Positions 49,371 to 58,475 of a stretch of 64,000 bases of DNA are shown here, piece after piece (position 1 is the first letter of the stretch; every line of letters begins with the position of its first letter). Both the position numbers and the translations under genes were made by a program. The stretch comes from Halobacteriovoraceae bacterium (lineage in GTDB: Bacteria; Bdellovibrionota; Bacteriovoracia; Bacteriovoracales; Bacteriovoracaceae), in contig CAVRCF010000001.1 in assembly GCA_963719505.1 (NCBI GenBank), forward strand, positions 96,001-160,000. Direction: 5' to 3'. The notes beneath the pieces were generated by a model, which saw only the letters and a list, made by a program, of their open reading frames with translations, was not told the origin of the DNA and ran no database searches.

Positions 49371-52300
49371 ATCTTTTATCGACAAAATCTATATATATTT
49401 TATAACAAGCCGGTACAAAGATAAGTGTAATAAGTGTTGAAAAAAGAAGTCCGTAGGCAAAGCTTGTGGCCATTGGTTTTAAGAAGGGATCTCCACCACT
49501 GGAATGGGCAACGGGGAGAAGTCCTGCAACAGTTGTCACCGTTGTTAAAATAACTGGTCTAAATCGACTTACTGTTGCTTTAACCAAAGATTCAATAGAG
49601 TGGTCTTCTTCTTGTAGAGTTCTATTGATAAAAGTGACTAAAACAATTGAATCGTTAATCACAACTCCAACCAAACCGAGCATCCCCATTAAGGCCATAA
49701 AGCCTATCGGTAAACCAAAAATTAAAAATGCTCCCACAACTCCAATGAAACCAAATGGTATCGCCGTCATTATAATAAGAGGCTGTGCCATTGAAGAGAA
49801 TTGAACGACAAGCATAATAAAAATAATAAACATAGATGCCACGAGGGCTTTTTTAAAGCTCGCAAGTGAGTCTGCAGTATCCTTACTCTCTCCAGTAAGC
49901 TCAAAAGTTAATCCTTCATAATCCTCTAAATGCTTCTCTACGATAGGTTTAATTTTTTCATTTATTTTTATGGAAGTGGTTTTCTTAAGGTCGATATCTC
50001 CGGAGATGGACATAACTCTCTTCCTATTTAGTCTTCTTATAAGATAAGCCCCGTCAACCTCTTCAAAACTGGCTAAACTTGTGAGCTTTATGCGACGACC
50101 TTGTTCATTTAAAACTCTGATTTTATCTATCGTGTCTTGAGTCGATCTCGCTTCGAGATCAAAGCGCACAACGATATCAATATCTTCATCGTCTTTTTTT
50201 ACTGTGGTCGCGACTTCCCCTTCGAAAGCTCGTCTTAACTCGAGAGCAATCTGTCTATTAGATACGCCCAGACGTCTTGCTTCTTTTTCGTTTATTGTCA
50301 CAATAATTTGTGTCTTCCCCACCTCGTAGTCGAGCTCAGAGGCAATAATTCCATCAAGTTTATTAATCTTTTTTTGAAGGGACTGAGAAGCTGTTAGTAG
50401 CTGTTTTAAATTGTCTCCATAAAGCTCTATATTGGCCGGCTTGCCCTGGGGAGGACCATTCTTTCTAGCATCTACTGTGTATTGGAATGACTTTGTGATT
50501 ACTTTATCGATACCATCGCCGAGAATTTTCACGATATCTTTTGTCTTTCGCTCTCTTTCATCATTGGGAGTTAACTCAATATTTATCGAGCCATAGTGAG
50601 AGCCACTTTTACTTCTTCCGCCTGGAAAACTTTGAAAGCCTGAAATTGTTCTCACACCTTCAAGTTCACTTTCTTTTAAAGAGTCAAAAACAACTGACTC
50701 AATTTTCACAAGCTCTTCTTTTGTAATCTCAAAAGGGGTACCAACTTCACCTTTTACATTAACCGTTATTTGAGTGACATCATCTGAAGGGAAAAGTTCA
50801 AATCTCATATTTTTAGCCGCAAAGATTGCAGCGACAAAAAGAAGACTAAAGAGAAGAACGGTTAGCTTTGAACTTCGCAGGCAAAACTCTAGAAATCTCT
50901 GGTAGACATTTTGAAGTGGCTTATACCATCTATCTTTTTCAATATCTTCTTTTTTTATCTTCGAAGCAAAATCAGCTAAATGCCCAGGCAGAATAATAAA
51001 ACACTCAAACCAGCTTGCCGCTAAAGCAATGATAACAACAGCGGGCACGGGCCATAAGAACTTCCCCATGATTCCGTCCATAAAAAAGAGAGATCCAAAA
51101 GCCACCATTGTTGTGAGGACAGTCGCCGTCACCGGAGCGAGAGTATCCATAGCCGCTTTCTTTGCGGCATCTTTTGGCGGATAACCTTTTTCTAAGTTTT
51201 GATAATACTGCTCGGCCACAATAATGGAGTCATCAACCAACATCCCAAGGACCATAATAAGACCAAACATAGAGATTAAGTTAATCGTAATATTAAAGGA
51301 GTCCATAAGACTGAAAGCCACTAAAAAGGCAAAAGGTGCCCCAAGAGCTGTAATAATAGAGACCCTAAGGTTCATAAAAAGAAGTAAACAAACTGTAACG
51401 AGACCAATCCCTAAGATTCCATTTTCTGTCAAAATCCCTAGCCTTCTTTTTACATAAAAAGAGAGATCATTATAAACCTTATATCTCACTCCAATTTTTT
51501 TCGACTCAGTTTCAAAAGTCTCTTTGATAAACTCAGCAGTTTCTAAAACATCCGCAGAGTTTTTAACCGAAATATCCAAAAAGATCGCAAGCTCTTTGTT
51601 TGAACGATCCTCTCTTGTTTTATCTTTTAATACCCTTGAGACAACTGCAACGTCAGAAACCTTTATTCCTGATCCTAAATCATTGGCGCGAATAAAAATA
51701 TTACCGATATCTTCTAAACTTTCATTTTCAACCAAGGTTCGGACAAGCTTTTCATTATTTGCCCCCTTAATATTACCAGCTGATACGTTCGTTTGCCTGT
51801 CTCTAATGGCTTGAACGATCTCACCTAATGAAATGTCGTACTGCTGAGTTTTATCTATTTTGACTTGAACATCAATCGTCTCATCACGATAGCCTTGAAG
51901 TGTAACTCTCGAAACCCTCCTATCCAGTTCAAGCTTGTCCCTTAGATGCTTTGCTTTTTCTCTCAAAACAAGTTCGTCTTGACCAAAAATGGCAAAATTC
52001 ATAAGGGCCCTATTCTTATTACTAGCTTTGGTTACGATAGGGCGATCCACATCTTCAGGCAGATCTTCGAGCTTATCCATGGCATCTTTAACTTCGTCTG
52101 CAACTTCATCAGTTGAATAATCAGGATCAACCTTTATTGAGACGATTGTTCCCCCCTCGGCACTGAGAGTATTCATCTCTTCAATTCCGTCCACCTCTTT
52201 GAGAGCTCTTTCCATATCGATACTTAGAAGTTTCTCGACATCCTCAGGTGCTGCTCCTGGATAGGTTGCTCTAATGATGACATAATTAAAGTCAACATTT

Positions 52301-52416
52301 GGAAAAGTCTCTTTGTTCAAAGAAAAAAAGGATATCCCCCCCATCACAATAATCAGTAAAGTCAGGAGATTGACGACAACGGAGTTTTCAACAAAATAAT
52401 CTATTATTTTTTTCAT
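49345..52416 (-). CDS. RND (AcrB/AcrD/AcrF family) efflux permease
   Basis: 1023 aa. GMLVDDSII, GVVINDSIVL, RFRPVILT. Confidence 0.95.
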   Translation of the reverse strand: MKKIIDYFVENSVVVNLLTLLIIVMGGISFFSLNKETFPNVDFNYVIIRATYPGAAPEDVEKLLSIDMERALKEVDGIEEMNTLSAEGGTIVSIKVDPDYSTDEVADEVKDAMDKLEDLPEDVDRPIVTKASNKNRALMNFAIFGQDELVLREKAKHLRDKLELDRRVSRVTLQGYRDETIDVQVKIDKTQQYDISLGEIVQAIRDRQTNVSAGNIKGANNEKLVRTLVENESLEDIGNIFIRANDLGSGIKVSDVAVVSRVLKDKTREDRSNKELAIFLDISVKNSADVLETAEFIKETFETESKKIGVRYKVYNDLSFYVKRRLGILTENGILGIGLVTVCLLLFMNLRVSIITALGAPFAFLVAFSLMDSFNITINLISMFGLIMVLGMLVDDSIIVAEQYYQNLEKGYPPKDAAKKAAMDTLAPVTATVLTTMVAFGSLFFMDGIMGKFLWPVPAVVIIALAASWFECFIILPGHLADFASKIKKEDIEKDRWYKPLQNVYQRFLEFCLRSSKLTVLLFSLLFVAAIFAAKNMRFELFPSDDVTQITVNVKGEVGTPFEITKEELVKIESVVFDSLKESELEGVRTISGFQSFPGGRSKSGSHYGSINIELTPNDERERKTKDIVKILGDGIDKVITKSFQYTVDARKNGPPQGKPANIELYGDNLKQLLTASQSLQKKINKLDGIIASELDYEVGKTQIIVTINEKEARRLGVSNRQIALELRRAFEGEVATTVKKDDEDIDIVVRFDLEARSTQDTIDKIRVLNEQGRRIKLTSLASFEEVDGAYLIRRLNRKRVMSISGDIDLKKTTSIKINEKIKPIVEKHLEDYEGLTFELTGESKDTADSLASFKKALVASMFIIFIMLVVQFSSMAQPLIIMTAIPFGFIGVVGAFLIFGLPIGFMALMGMLGLVGVVINDSIVLVTFINRTLQEEDHSIESLVKATVSRFRPVILTTVTTVAGLLPVAHSSGGDPFLKPMATSFAYGLLFSTLITLIFVPACYKIYIDFVDKRSRKKQLQE

Positions 52417-52420
52417 TTAA

Positions 52421-53869
52421 TTAATCTCTATACCTGTCTAAGAAGTTTTTGATGCTATTATTTAAGTAAGCGTAATTGGCCACTAGAAGTTCATAATTGA
52501 GAAGGTTTCTCTTCTCAGTTAGACGGGCGTTAATATAGTTTTCTTCAGCTCTAATAACTTCTTCAAAAGTTGTCTGGGCATTTAAGTAGTATCTATTTTG
52601 CTCTTTCAATGTCTTTTGTGCCAATAGAACTTTTTGAGAACTTATCGTGTTAACTTTTTCAAAATACTTTATTTGTGAGACTAACGCTTCTTTTTGAACT
52701 TTAACTTCATCCTCTATATTGAGAACATCTAATTCACTTTTTTTAGTTTCTAGGACAACTCTCGAGTTTAAAGCAGACCTTTTGTCTAAACCTAAAGGAA
52801 TCACAAGGTTCAGTCCAAAGCCAACATTTTTATTTGTTGTCCTTAAGTGATCGTTAAAGCTATTGGTATCATTTTCATCAATCGCGTTTGTCGTTAATCC
52901 TGCTGTGAAAAGAAGTTTCATTCCATTTTGATTTTTTAATTTATCTAAATTCTGTTTGGTAACTTCAACTCTCTTTTTTGCGACAGTCACAGACAAATGC
53001 TCTTGTTCTTTAATACCTTTTTTCCAAAAAGAAAATGGTCTTGGGGTCCAAGTAATTTGCTTAAAATAGTTTTCCGTTATTTTAATTTTGAGGATGTTTT
53101 CAATGATAGAGAGGTTTTCTTTCAAAGCTGAACGACTTGTTTCAACTGCTTCTTGTTGATTGAGAAGTAAGCGTTTAGCCTGATAGAGTTCAACATTTCT
53201 ACTCAAACCATCTTTCTTTCTTCTATTTGTTTGATTGACTCGTTTCTTAGCTTCACTGGCAGAAGACTTTGAAAGCTCAACAGCATAGACTTGGAATTTC
53301 GCCTGAAGATAAGTCTCAAAAAATGATAAATAACCCTTTTCAATATCAAGTTGATTTTCGGACTCATTGGCCATCGTTTCAGAAATGATTATATCAAGAT
53401 CATCGCTTGAGCTTCGATCTAAAAAGTCATAACTATATTCAATCCCCGTTCTGTTTTCAAACAGGTGATCATTACTGAAATTATTAAGCACAGAGCTATT
53501 CCAGTCTGAGATATCATAGTCGGTTTTAATATGCTTTACCGAAACACTTCCATAATCAAAAGAGCTTTTTCTAAATTCAAAAGCATATGTTTTAGTTTTA
53601 GTATTTTGTGATTGGAAAGAAAAAAGACTTGCAAGGTTGGCCTCTTGGTAACTTGGAGAGAAAACAAACTCCCAGTCGTTTCTATTCTTTTTAAATTCAT
53701 AATCAGCATCAGTGATCTCTTTTTTTATCACAATACTTTTATTTAAATTTGAGTCTTGATAACCCTTCCACATAGGTTGAAATGTTGCAAAGCTGGGCAG
53801 CGATACCAAAGCTGTGCAAAGGGCAAATAATATATAAATCATGGTCGAATCCTTGTTATGACCTTTCAT
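52421..53869 (-). CDS. TolC-family outer membrane efflux protein
   Basis: Signal peptide (probable start MIYIL, ~53842), duplicated helical OEP pattern, directly upstream of the RND gene. Confidence 0.75.
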   Translation of the reverse strand: MKGHNKDSTMIYILFALCTALVSLPSFATFQPMWKGYQDSNLNKSIVIKKEITDADYEFKKNRNDWEFVFSPSYQEANLASLFSFQSQNTKTKTYAFEFRKSSFDYGSVSVKHIKTDYDISDWNSSVLNNFSNDHLFENRTGIEYSYDFLDRSSSDDLDIIISETMANESENQLDIEKGYLSFFETYLQAKFQVYAVELSKSSASEAKKRVNQTNRRKKDGLSRNVELYQAKRLLLNQQEAVETSRSALKENLSIIENILKIKITENYFKQITWTPRPFSFWKKGIKEQEHLSVTVAKKRVEVTKQNLDKLKNQNGMKLLFTAGLTTNAIDENDTNSFNDHLRTTNKNVGFGLNLVIPLGLDKRSALNSRVVLETKKSELDVLNIEDEVKVQKEALVSQIKYFEKVNTISSQKVLLAQKTLKEQNRYYLNAQTTFEEVIRAEENYINARLTEKRNLLNYELLVANYAYLNNSIKNFLDRYRD

Positions 53870-53903
53870 ACCCTAAACGGTTAAATTTATCAAAGGGCGC
53901 ATC

Positions 53904-53932
53904 TTGTCAAAGGGCTATACATCATCTATAAA
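53904..53932 (+). promoter_or_regulatory. Sigma70 promoter of rnpB
   Basis: TTGTCA-N17-TATAAA, 5 nt upstream of the P1 helix. Confidence 0.7.
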
Positions 53933-53937
53933 GCCTT

Positions 53938-54240
53938 GCCGAGAAAGAAAGACCATCGCCGGTGAAAGCTTAGGCTTTTGCGGGAGGAAAGTCCGGGCAC
54001 CGTATAGCACCGAAGCGGGTAACGCCCGTCCACCGTGAGGTGAGGACAAGTGCAACAGAAAGTATGTACAGGTAATGCTGTAGTGAAACCAGGTAAACTC
54101 TACGGGGTGCAAGCTCATATAGGCCATCGTCTGATCGCGGCTAGCGAGAGATGGCGGGTAGAGTGCTCGAGATATAGGGTAACCTATATCCTAGACGAAT
54201 GATGGTTCTAGACAGAACCCGGCTTATATTCTTTCTCGGC
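53938..54240 (+). ncRNA. rnpB: RNase P RNA
   Basis: GAGGAAAGTCCGGGC, AGTGCAACAGAAA, GGTAAACTC, ACAGAACCCGGCTTA. P1 is GCCGAGAAAGAA/TTCTTTCTCGGC. Confidence 0.97.
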
Positions 54241-54252
54241 TTTTTATAAATA

Positions 54253-55272
54253 CTAAGACCTTATTAGATCTATAGCCTTCTGACTTCCAGTTGAGAGGTT
54301 TGTATCTGAATAATTATAGTCATCTAGATTAAGCCCTATTTCCCTGGCTTCCACCTCATTCACCCAAATAACAAAGTTAGATATTTTATATTTTGTAATT
54401 CCTGATTTAAAACTTGGAAGCAGATGAAAATCTCCATTGATTTTTGGATACTGATCGAAAGTTGGATCGTTTGATTTTATCACAAAGGTTGGGATCTCAT
54501 TCTGTCCTGATAGCCACTGAGAGCTAGACTTTTTATAAGTAAGATATTTGCCCTCTTTTTCTACAATCACTCTCAAAAGAGAAAGATCAAAACTCTCTTT
54601 TATTTTATCGACAACCACTGGCAGCTGATCTGTCACTTTATTATTAAACGCGAAACAGTCCTTGCTTAAAAAGCATAACTCACAACTCGCCTTCCTCGCC
54701 TGACAATAGTTTCTTCCAAGGTCCATTAATGCTTCATTAAAAACTCTTGCCCCTATAGGACCAATTTCACGACATATCTCATGATTATTAAATCGCTTTG
54801 CAATTTCTTTTTGCAACTTTAAACCCTTAGGCTCTTTGATTCCATAAATGCGAGAGATTACTCTCTCTAGATTTGCATCTAAGGCGAGTGCTCTTTGATT
54901 AGCTCCCATAGCAAGAATCGCATTTGCTGTATAAATTCCAATTCCATTGATCGAAATAAGGGAATCAAAATCTAGCGGAATCTCTCCATTATATTTTTCA
55001 CAAATTGTGACACAGGCTTTTTTTAAGTTTCGTGCACGCCTATAGTAACCAAGCCCTTTCCAGGCAATCAAAATTTCTTCCTCTGTGGCTTTGGCAAATT
55101 TTTCTGGTGTTGGATATTCGCTCATAAAGCGTTCAAAATGCTTGAGAACTGTTTGAACTGTGGTTTGCTGAAGCATGATTTCAGAGACGAGAGTTCTATA
55201 AAGGGATCTATTTTTTCTCCAAGGAAGTTCAGGAAATTCTCTCAGAGACCAATCAGCAAGTTGTTGGAACAT
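54253..55272 (-). CDS. mutY: A/G-specific adenine glycosylase
   Basis: LPWR, VSEIMLQQT, WKGLGYYRRARNL, GIGIYTA, and 4Fe-4S motif C-X6-C-X2-C-X5-C. Confidence 0.95.
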   Translation of the reverse strand: MFQQLADWSLREFPELPWRKNRSLYRTLVSEIMLQQTTVQTVLKHFERFMSEYPTPEKFAKATEEEILIAWKGLGYYRRARNLKKACVTICEKYNGEIPLDFDSLISINGIGIYTANAILAMGANQRALALDANLERVISRIYGIKEPKGLKLQKEIAKRFNNHEICREIGPIGARVFNEALMDLGRNYCQARKASCELCFLSKDCFAFNNKVTDQLPVVVDKIKESFDLSLLRVIVEKEGKYLTYKKSSSQWLSGQNEIPTFVIKSNDPTFDQYPKINGDFHLLPSFKSGITKYKISNFVIWVNEVEAREIGLNLDDYNYSDTNLSTGSQKAIDLIRS

Positions 55273-55274
55273 TT

Positions 55275-56063
55275 TTATTTACACATTTTTTGTATACGCG
55301 AGACATCATCTAGAATATTTTTCGCGTAAAGAGGTTTATCAATCCCTTTTACACTACCTCCGGCCACTTGTTCAACAAAATCTATAAATTCAGCTTTTGC
55401 CTCATAAATGTCTGTGATGATGATCAAACTCTCAGCCTCAGAAGCTTTTATATCTCTCATGAGTCGATCGACTCTATTCAATCCTGAGTTTAAACAAACT
55501 CGATCAAAGTTTCCAAGCTCTTTTCTATTTTCATCAAAAATATAAACTTTCATCTTTTCATTTAAAGGGCAGGCTCCATTCACTCTTTTTAGAAATCGCT
55601 CTCTAATGCATGCCGTTTGATAATCAGTTGGATCAACTTGCTTCATGGTTGAACTGATATCAACCCATAACTCTAATTTTTTACTAGATTTTTTTACTGC
55701 TTTTTTTAGTCTTTTTTTACAAAAGATATTAAACTGACCCGGGTTTGTACAGGGGTCATACTCACCCTCTTTATACTCTCCTTCCTCTTTGAATACTTCT
55801 TTTGTATCGAGTTCAGAGTAGTCTCTAGCTTCAACGATTTTATCTTTTTCTTTTTTGTAGAGACCAATTTGTGGATCAAAGCAGTAGTCTCCCACTTTTT
55901 GACATTGATACTGAGCTGTAAGTTTTGAGTATTTAGTTTTAGGTAAAATTGATTCGATAAAAGAAACTTTATCAACACTTAAAAACCACACCTCGAGTTT
56001 CTTCGGCTCAGCGAAGGCTGAAGTAGCAAGAGTGATTATAAAAGTTAGAATCAATAGTTTCAT
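55275..56063 (-). CDS. Secreted Cys-rich hypothetical protein with a VWA-like C-terminal part
   Basis: Signal peptide. LWVDISSTM (DxSxT) and LIIITD resemble MIDAS elements. Confidence 0.65.
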   Translation of the reverse strand: MKLLILTFIITLATSAFAEPKKLEVWFLSVDKVSFIESILPKTKYSKLTAQYQCQKVGDYCFDPQIGLYKKEKDKIVEARDYSELDTKEVFKEEGEYKEGEYDPCTNPGQFNIFCKKRLKKAVKKSSKKLELWVDISSTMKQVDPTDYQTACIRERFLKRVNGACPLNEKMKVYIFDENRKELGNFDRVCLNSGLNRVDRLMRDIKASEAESLIIITDIYEAKAEFIDFVEQVAGGSVKGIDKPLYAKNILDDVSRIQKMCK

Positions 56064-56644
56064 ATTTCAAATTGCTTGCGATTTAAGTATTTAATAATCA
56101 CTTCTCCAGCTGACACTACTAAGTCTTGCCCATCGACATCTAAATCTAAGAAGTCTGATAGGAAACCTTTTTGTCTGGCCGTTAAATCAGCAAGTTTCTC
56201 CCCTGTCGTTCTAGTTGAACGTCTATCGTCTCCTCTTCTTTCTCCGAAGGAAACTTTAACGCCTCTTATATTCGCAGATGTTTGAGCTTTGGTTTCTTCT
56301 TTACCTAAAGTCTCTTCAAAGGCATCAGCCTCACTCTCTACGCTACCTTTATCGGTAGAATCGGGTTCTATATAAAGGGTAACCATCTTTTTAAAAAGCG
56401 CCGTAGAGTCCTCTTCTATAAAGTCGATAATCTCATGCAACGGTATATTTAACTTTGCAACAATAGCCGCAATAAGCTGTGGATCGAGCTCTTTGGTCTT
56501 TTGATTCAAAAAGCGACTCATGGTTGAAATCCCAACATTAACCTTCTCTGCTAAGTCCTTCTGGGAGTATCCTCCTCGAATGGCCATGTATTTTCGCACA
56601 GTTGTGAGAAAAGCATCTAAATAATTACTATCGAAAACTACCAT
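56060..56644 (-). CDS. XRE/Cro-C1 HTH transcriptional regulator
   Basis: SQKDLAEKVNVGISTMSRFLN, AGGAGG RBS. Confidence 0.88.
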   Translation of the reverse strand: MVVFDSNYLDAFLTTVRKYMAIRGGYSQKDLAEKVNVGISTMSRFLNQKTKELDPQLIAAIVAKLNIPLHEIIDFIEEDSTALFKKMVTLYIEPDSTDKGSVESEADAFEETLGKEETKAQTSANIRGVKVSFGERRGDDRRSTRTTGEKLADLTARQKGFLSDFLDLDVDGQDLVVSAGEVIIKYLNRKQFEI

Positions 56645-56694
56645 ACAGCCTCCTTTTGGATTGATTAATATTGCTATCCAAGCTGTTAATATTC

Positions 56695-56721
56695 TTATCG
56701 GTTTGTAATTTAATTCCTTGA
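56695..56721 (-). promoter_or_regulatory. Sigma28-like promoter of the XRE gene
   Basis: Minus strand TCAA-N15-ACCGATAA. Confidence 0.55.
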
Positions 56722-56751
56722 TGCAATTTTATTTCTTGACGAATTGCATCA
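56719..56751. promoter_or_regulatory. Palindromic operator candidate
   Basis: Perfect TGATGCAATT-N13-AATTGCATCA. Confidence 0.65.
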
Positions 56752-56764
56752 GGTATGAGATACT
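56736..56764 (+). promoter_or_regulatory. Sigma70 promoter of the pentapeptide gene
   Basis: TTGACG-N17-GATACT with an extended -10 TG. Confidence 0.55.
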
Positions 56765-56797
56765 GATTTCAGGATAGAAACAAGGCTCGGAGGAATC

Positions 56798-57289
56798 ATG
56801 AGACCAGTAATAGTAAACAACAATATGACATTAATTACAGATACTTATACTCATATGGTTGGAAGAACTATGGCTAATCTTCACCTTGAGTCAGAACAAA
56901 TTTCAGGTGGTAAATTTGACGAAGTTACCTTTAAAAATGTTACTTTTTTTAATTGCAACTTCCAAGCATCTGCATTTAGTTCAACAAGTTTTATTGATTG
57001 TACCTTTATTGATTGCAACTTTAGCTTCACGAAGTTTAAAAATTGCAGTCTGATAGCGTGCGTGTTTGAAAATTGCAATTTTTGCATTACGAATTCCCTT
57101 AGTAGTAGTTTTCAAGCATGCACGTTTCAAAATACATCATGGAAGCTAGGCGCTTTCAGGGACAATAAAGTTGTTGCTTGTTTATTGGATGAACAAACAA
57201 CGGCCCATATAGAAGAAAATGGTGAAAATATCGAATCTCTCTCTCTCCTCGATATTAAAGCACCAGAAGAGTTCGCTCTTGCAGCCTAG
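56798..57289 (+). CDS. Pentapeptide repeat protein (Qnr/MfpA-like fold)
   Basis: Serial [xxFxx] repeats: VTFKN VTFFN CNFQA SAFSS TSFID CTFID CNFSF TKFKN. GGAGG RBS. Confidence 0.9.
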   Translation: MRPVIVNNNMTLITDTYTHMVGRTMANLHLESEQISGGKFDEVTFKNVTFFNCNFQASAFSSTSFIDCTFIDCNFSFTKFKNCSLIACVFENCNFCITNSLSSSFQACTFQNTSWKLGAFRDNKVVACLLDEQTTAHIEENGENIESLSLLDIKAPEEFALAA

Positions 57290-57299
57290 ATAGATACAC

Positions 57300-57472
57300 T
57301 CCTCAACGGATGAGGAATACCAAATTGAAATATTTTTGAATTTTTAAATAATCATGGAATGACCCTCGCAAGCATGGATAGCTTTACCTACCTCAAAAGA
57401 CCTACGAGACCACAAAAGCTCATTCCTGGCCCCCTCTGATTCACGAGAATTACGGGGCCAGAGACCATTTTT
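57300..57472 (+). ncRNA. Candidate Csr/Rsm-type sRNA or structured 3' UTR
   Basis: Three hairpins presenting ACGGA/ATGGA, then CTGGCCCC...GGGGCCAG and a T5 run. Confidence 0.45.
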
Positions 57473-57563
57473 CAACTGAGTTCTTGAATAAATTACAAAT
57501 TGATTGAATAAAATCAAAGCTTTAGTTATAACTCAAAACACAAAACAGTGACACAAGGAAATT

Positions 57564-58475
57564 ATGACTAAATCAAGATCATTACTTTTAAACATTATTC
57601 TTTTTGCACTCTTTATTCTGGTCAGTGCAAGCTCTGCTTTTGCTCAAACCCTTGGCTACAATCAATCCTACTTCATCACCGACTCGGGAAGAATTCATAC
57701 AGTAAGAACATACAATCCCGCTGAAGGATTTGTTCCACTTTTTAGCCCCAATGGCTTCTTTCTTCTTCCAGAGATGGTAGATGTCCGAAAGTCTTCCTAC
57801 TTCACAGACTTTGAAGACAATATTTATACCGTGGATAGAGATGGCTACCTCTATAGCTATAACTACGAAACAGAAATTGACTCTGGAATCAAAGAAGCTG
57901 GTGGATCATTTTTTATTACTCGTGATGGTGCACTGAGAATTGTTCTCACCAACGGTGTAATCAAAACAATACCTAAAGACGATTACGAGCTTGATTCCAA
58001 TGTAAAGATTGTTGGCGGTAACTACCTTATCACAAGAAAAAACACGGTTTACATCATCAATCCCATTGCCGGAACAATTAATAAAACGGGAGTTGAAATT
58101 GATAAGCGAGAAGTCGAAGTTGAAGGTGATAATTATTTAGTGACTAAAGATGGTGTCCTTTACTCGTTCGGTATCAATGTCGATGGATCGGTTAAAATTA
58201 GAAGTACGAATCATTATGTTTTTAAAAATATTAAAAGAAAGGGTGGAAATTTCTTTTTCGATGCTAGAAATCAAATTCATACGATTGCCGCAAATGGTGA
58301 GTTTAATCAATCGACAAGAAGTATAGGAAGCGATGTGAGAAGAAGTGAAGTTCCCGCAAAGTTTGGAGCAAACTATTTCGTCTACTCTGACAATTCTTTC
58401 TTTATCGTTGATGAGCTCGGTGTTGTTAGACAAATTGCAACGTTTAATGACGTCATCTTGATGACAACGAAGTAA
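57564..58475 (+). CDS. Secreted repeat protein, probable 7-bladed beta-propeller
   Basis: Signal peptide and seven ~40-aa repeats of the type GG(N/S)(Y/F)(F/L)xTxxGxxxx(V/I). Confidence 0.75.
   Translation: MTKSRSLLLNIILFALFILVSASSAFAQTLGYNQSYFITDSGRIHTVRTYNPAEGFVPLFSPNGFFLLPEMVDVRKSSYFTDFEDNIYTVDRDGYLYSYNYETEIDSGIKEAGGSFFITRDGALRIVLTNGVIKTIPKDDYELDSNVKIVGGNYLITRKNTVYIINPIAGTINKTGVEIDKREVEVEGDNYLVTKDGVLYSFGINVDGSVKIRSTNHYVFKNIKRKGGNFFFDARNQIHTIAANGEFNQSTRSIGSDVRRSEVPAKFGANYFVYSDNSFFIVDELGVVRQIATFNDVILMTTK

Noticed and set aside
53915..54127. 70-aa minus-strand ORF
   Set aside because: Antisense shadow of the RNase P RNA gene.
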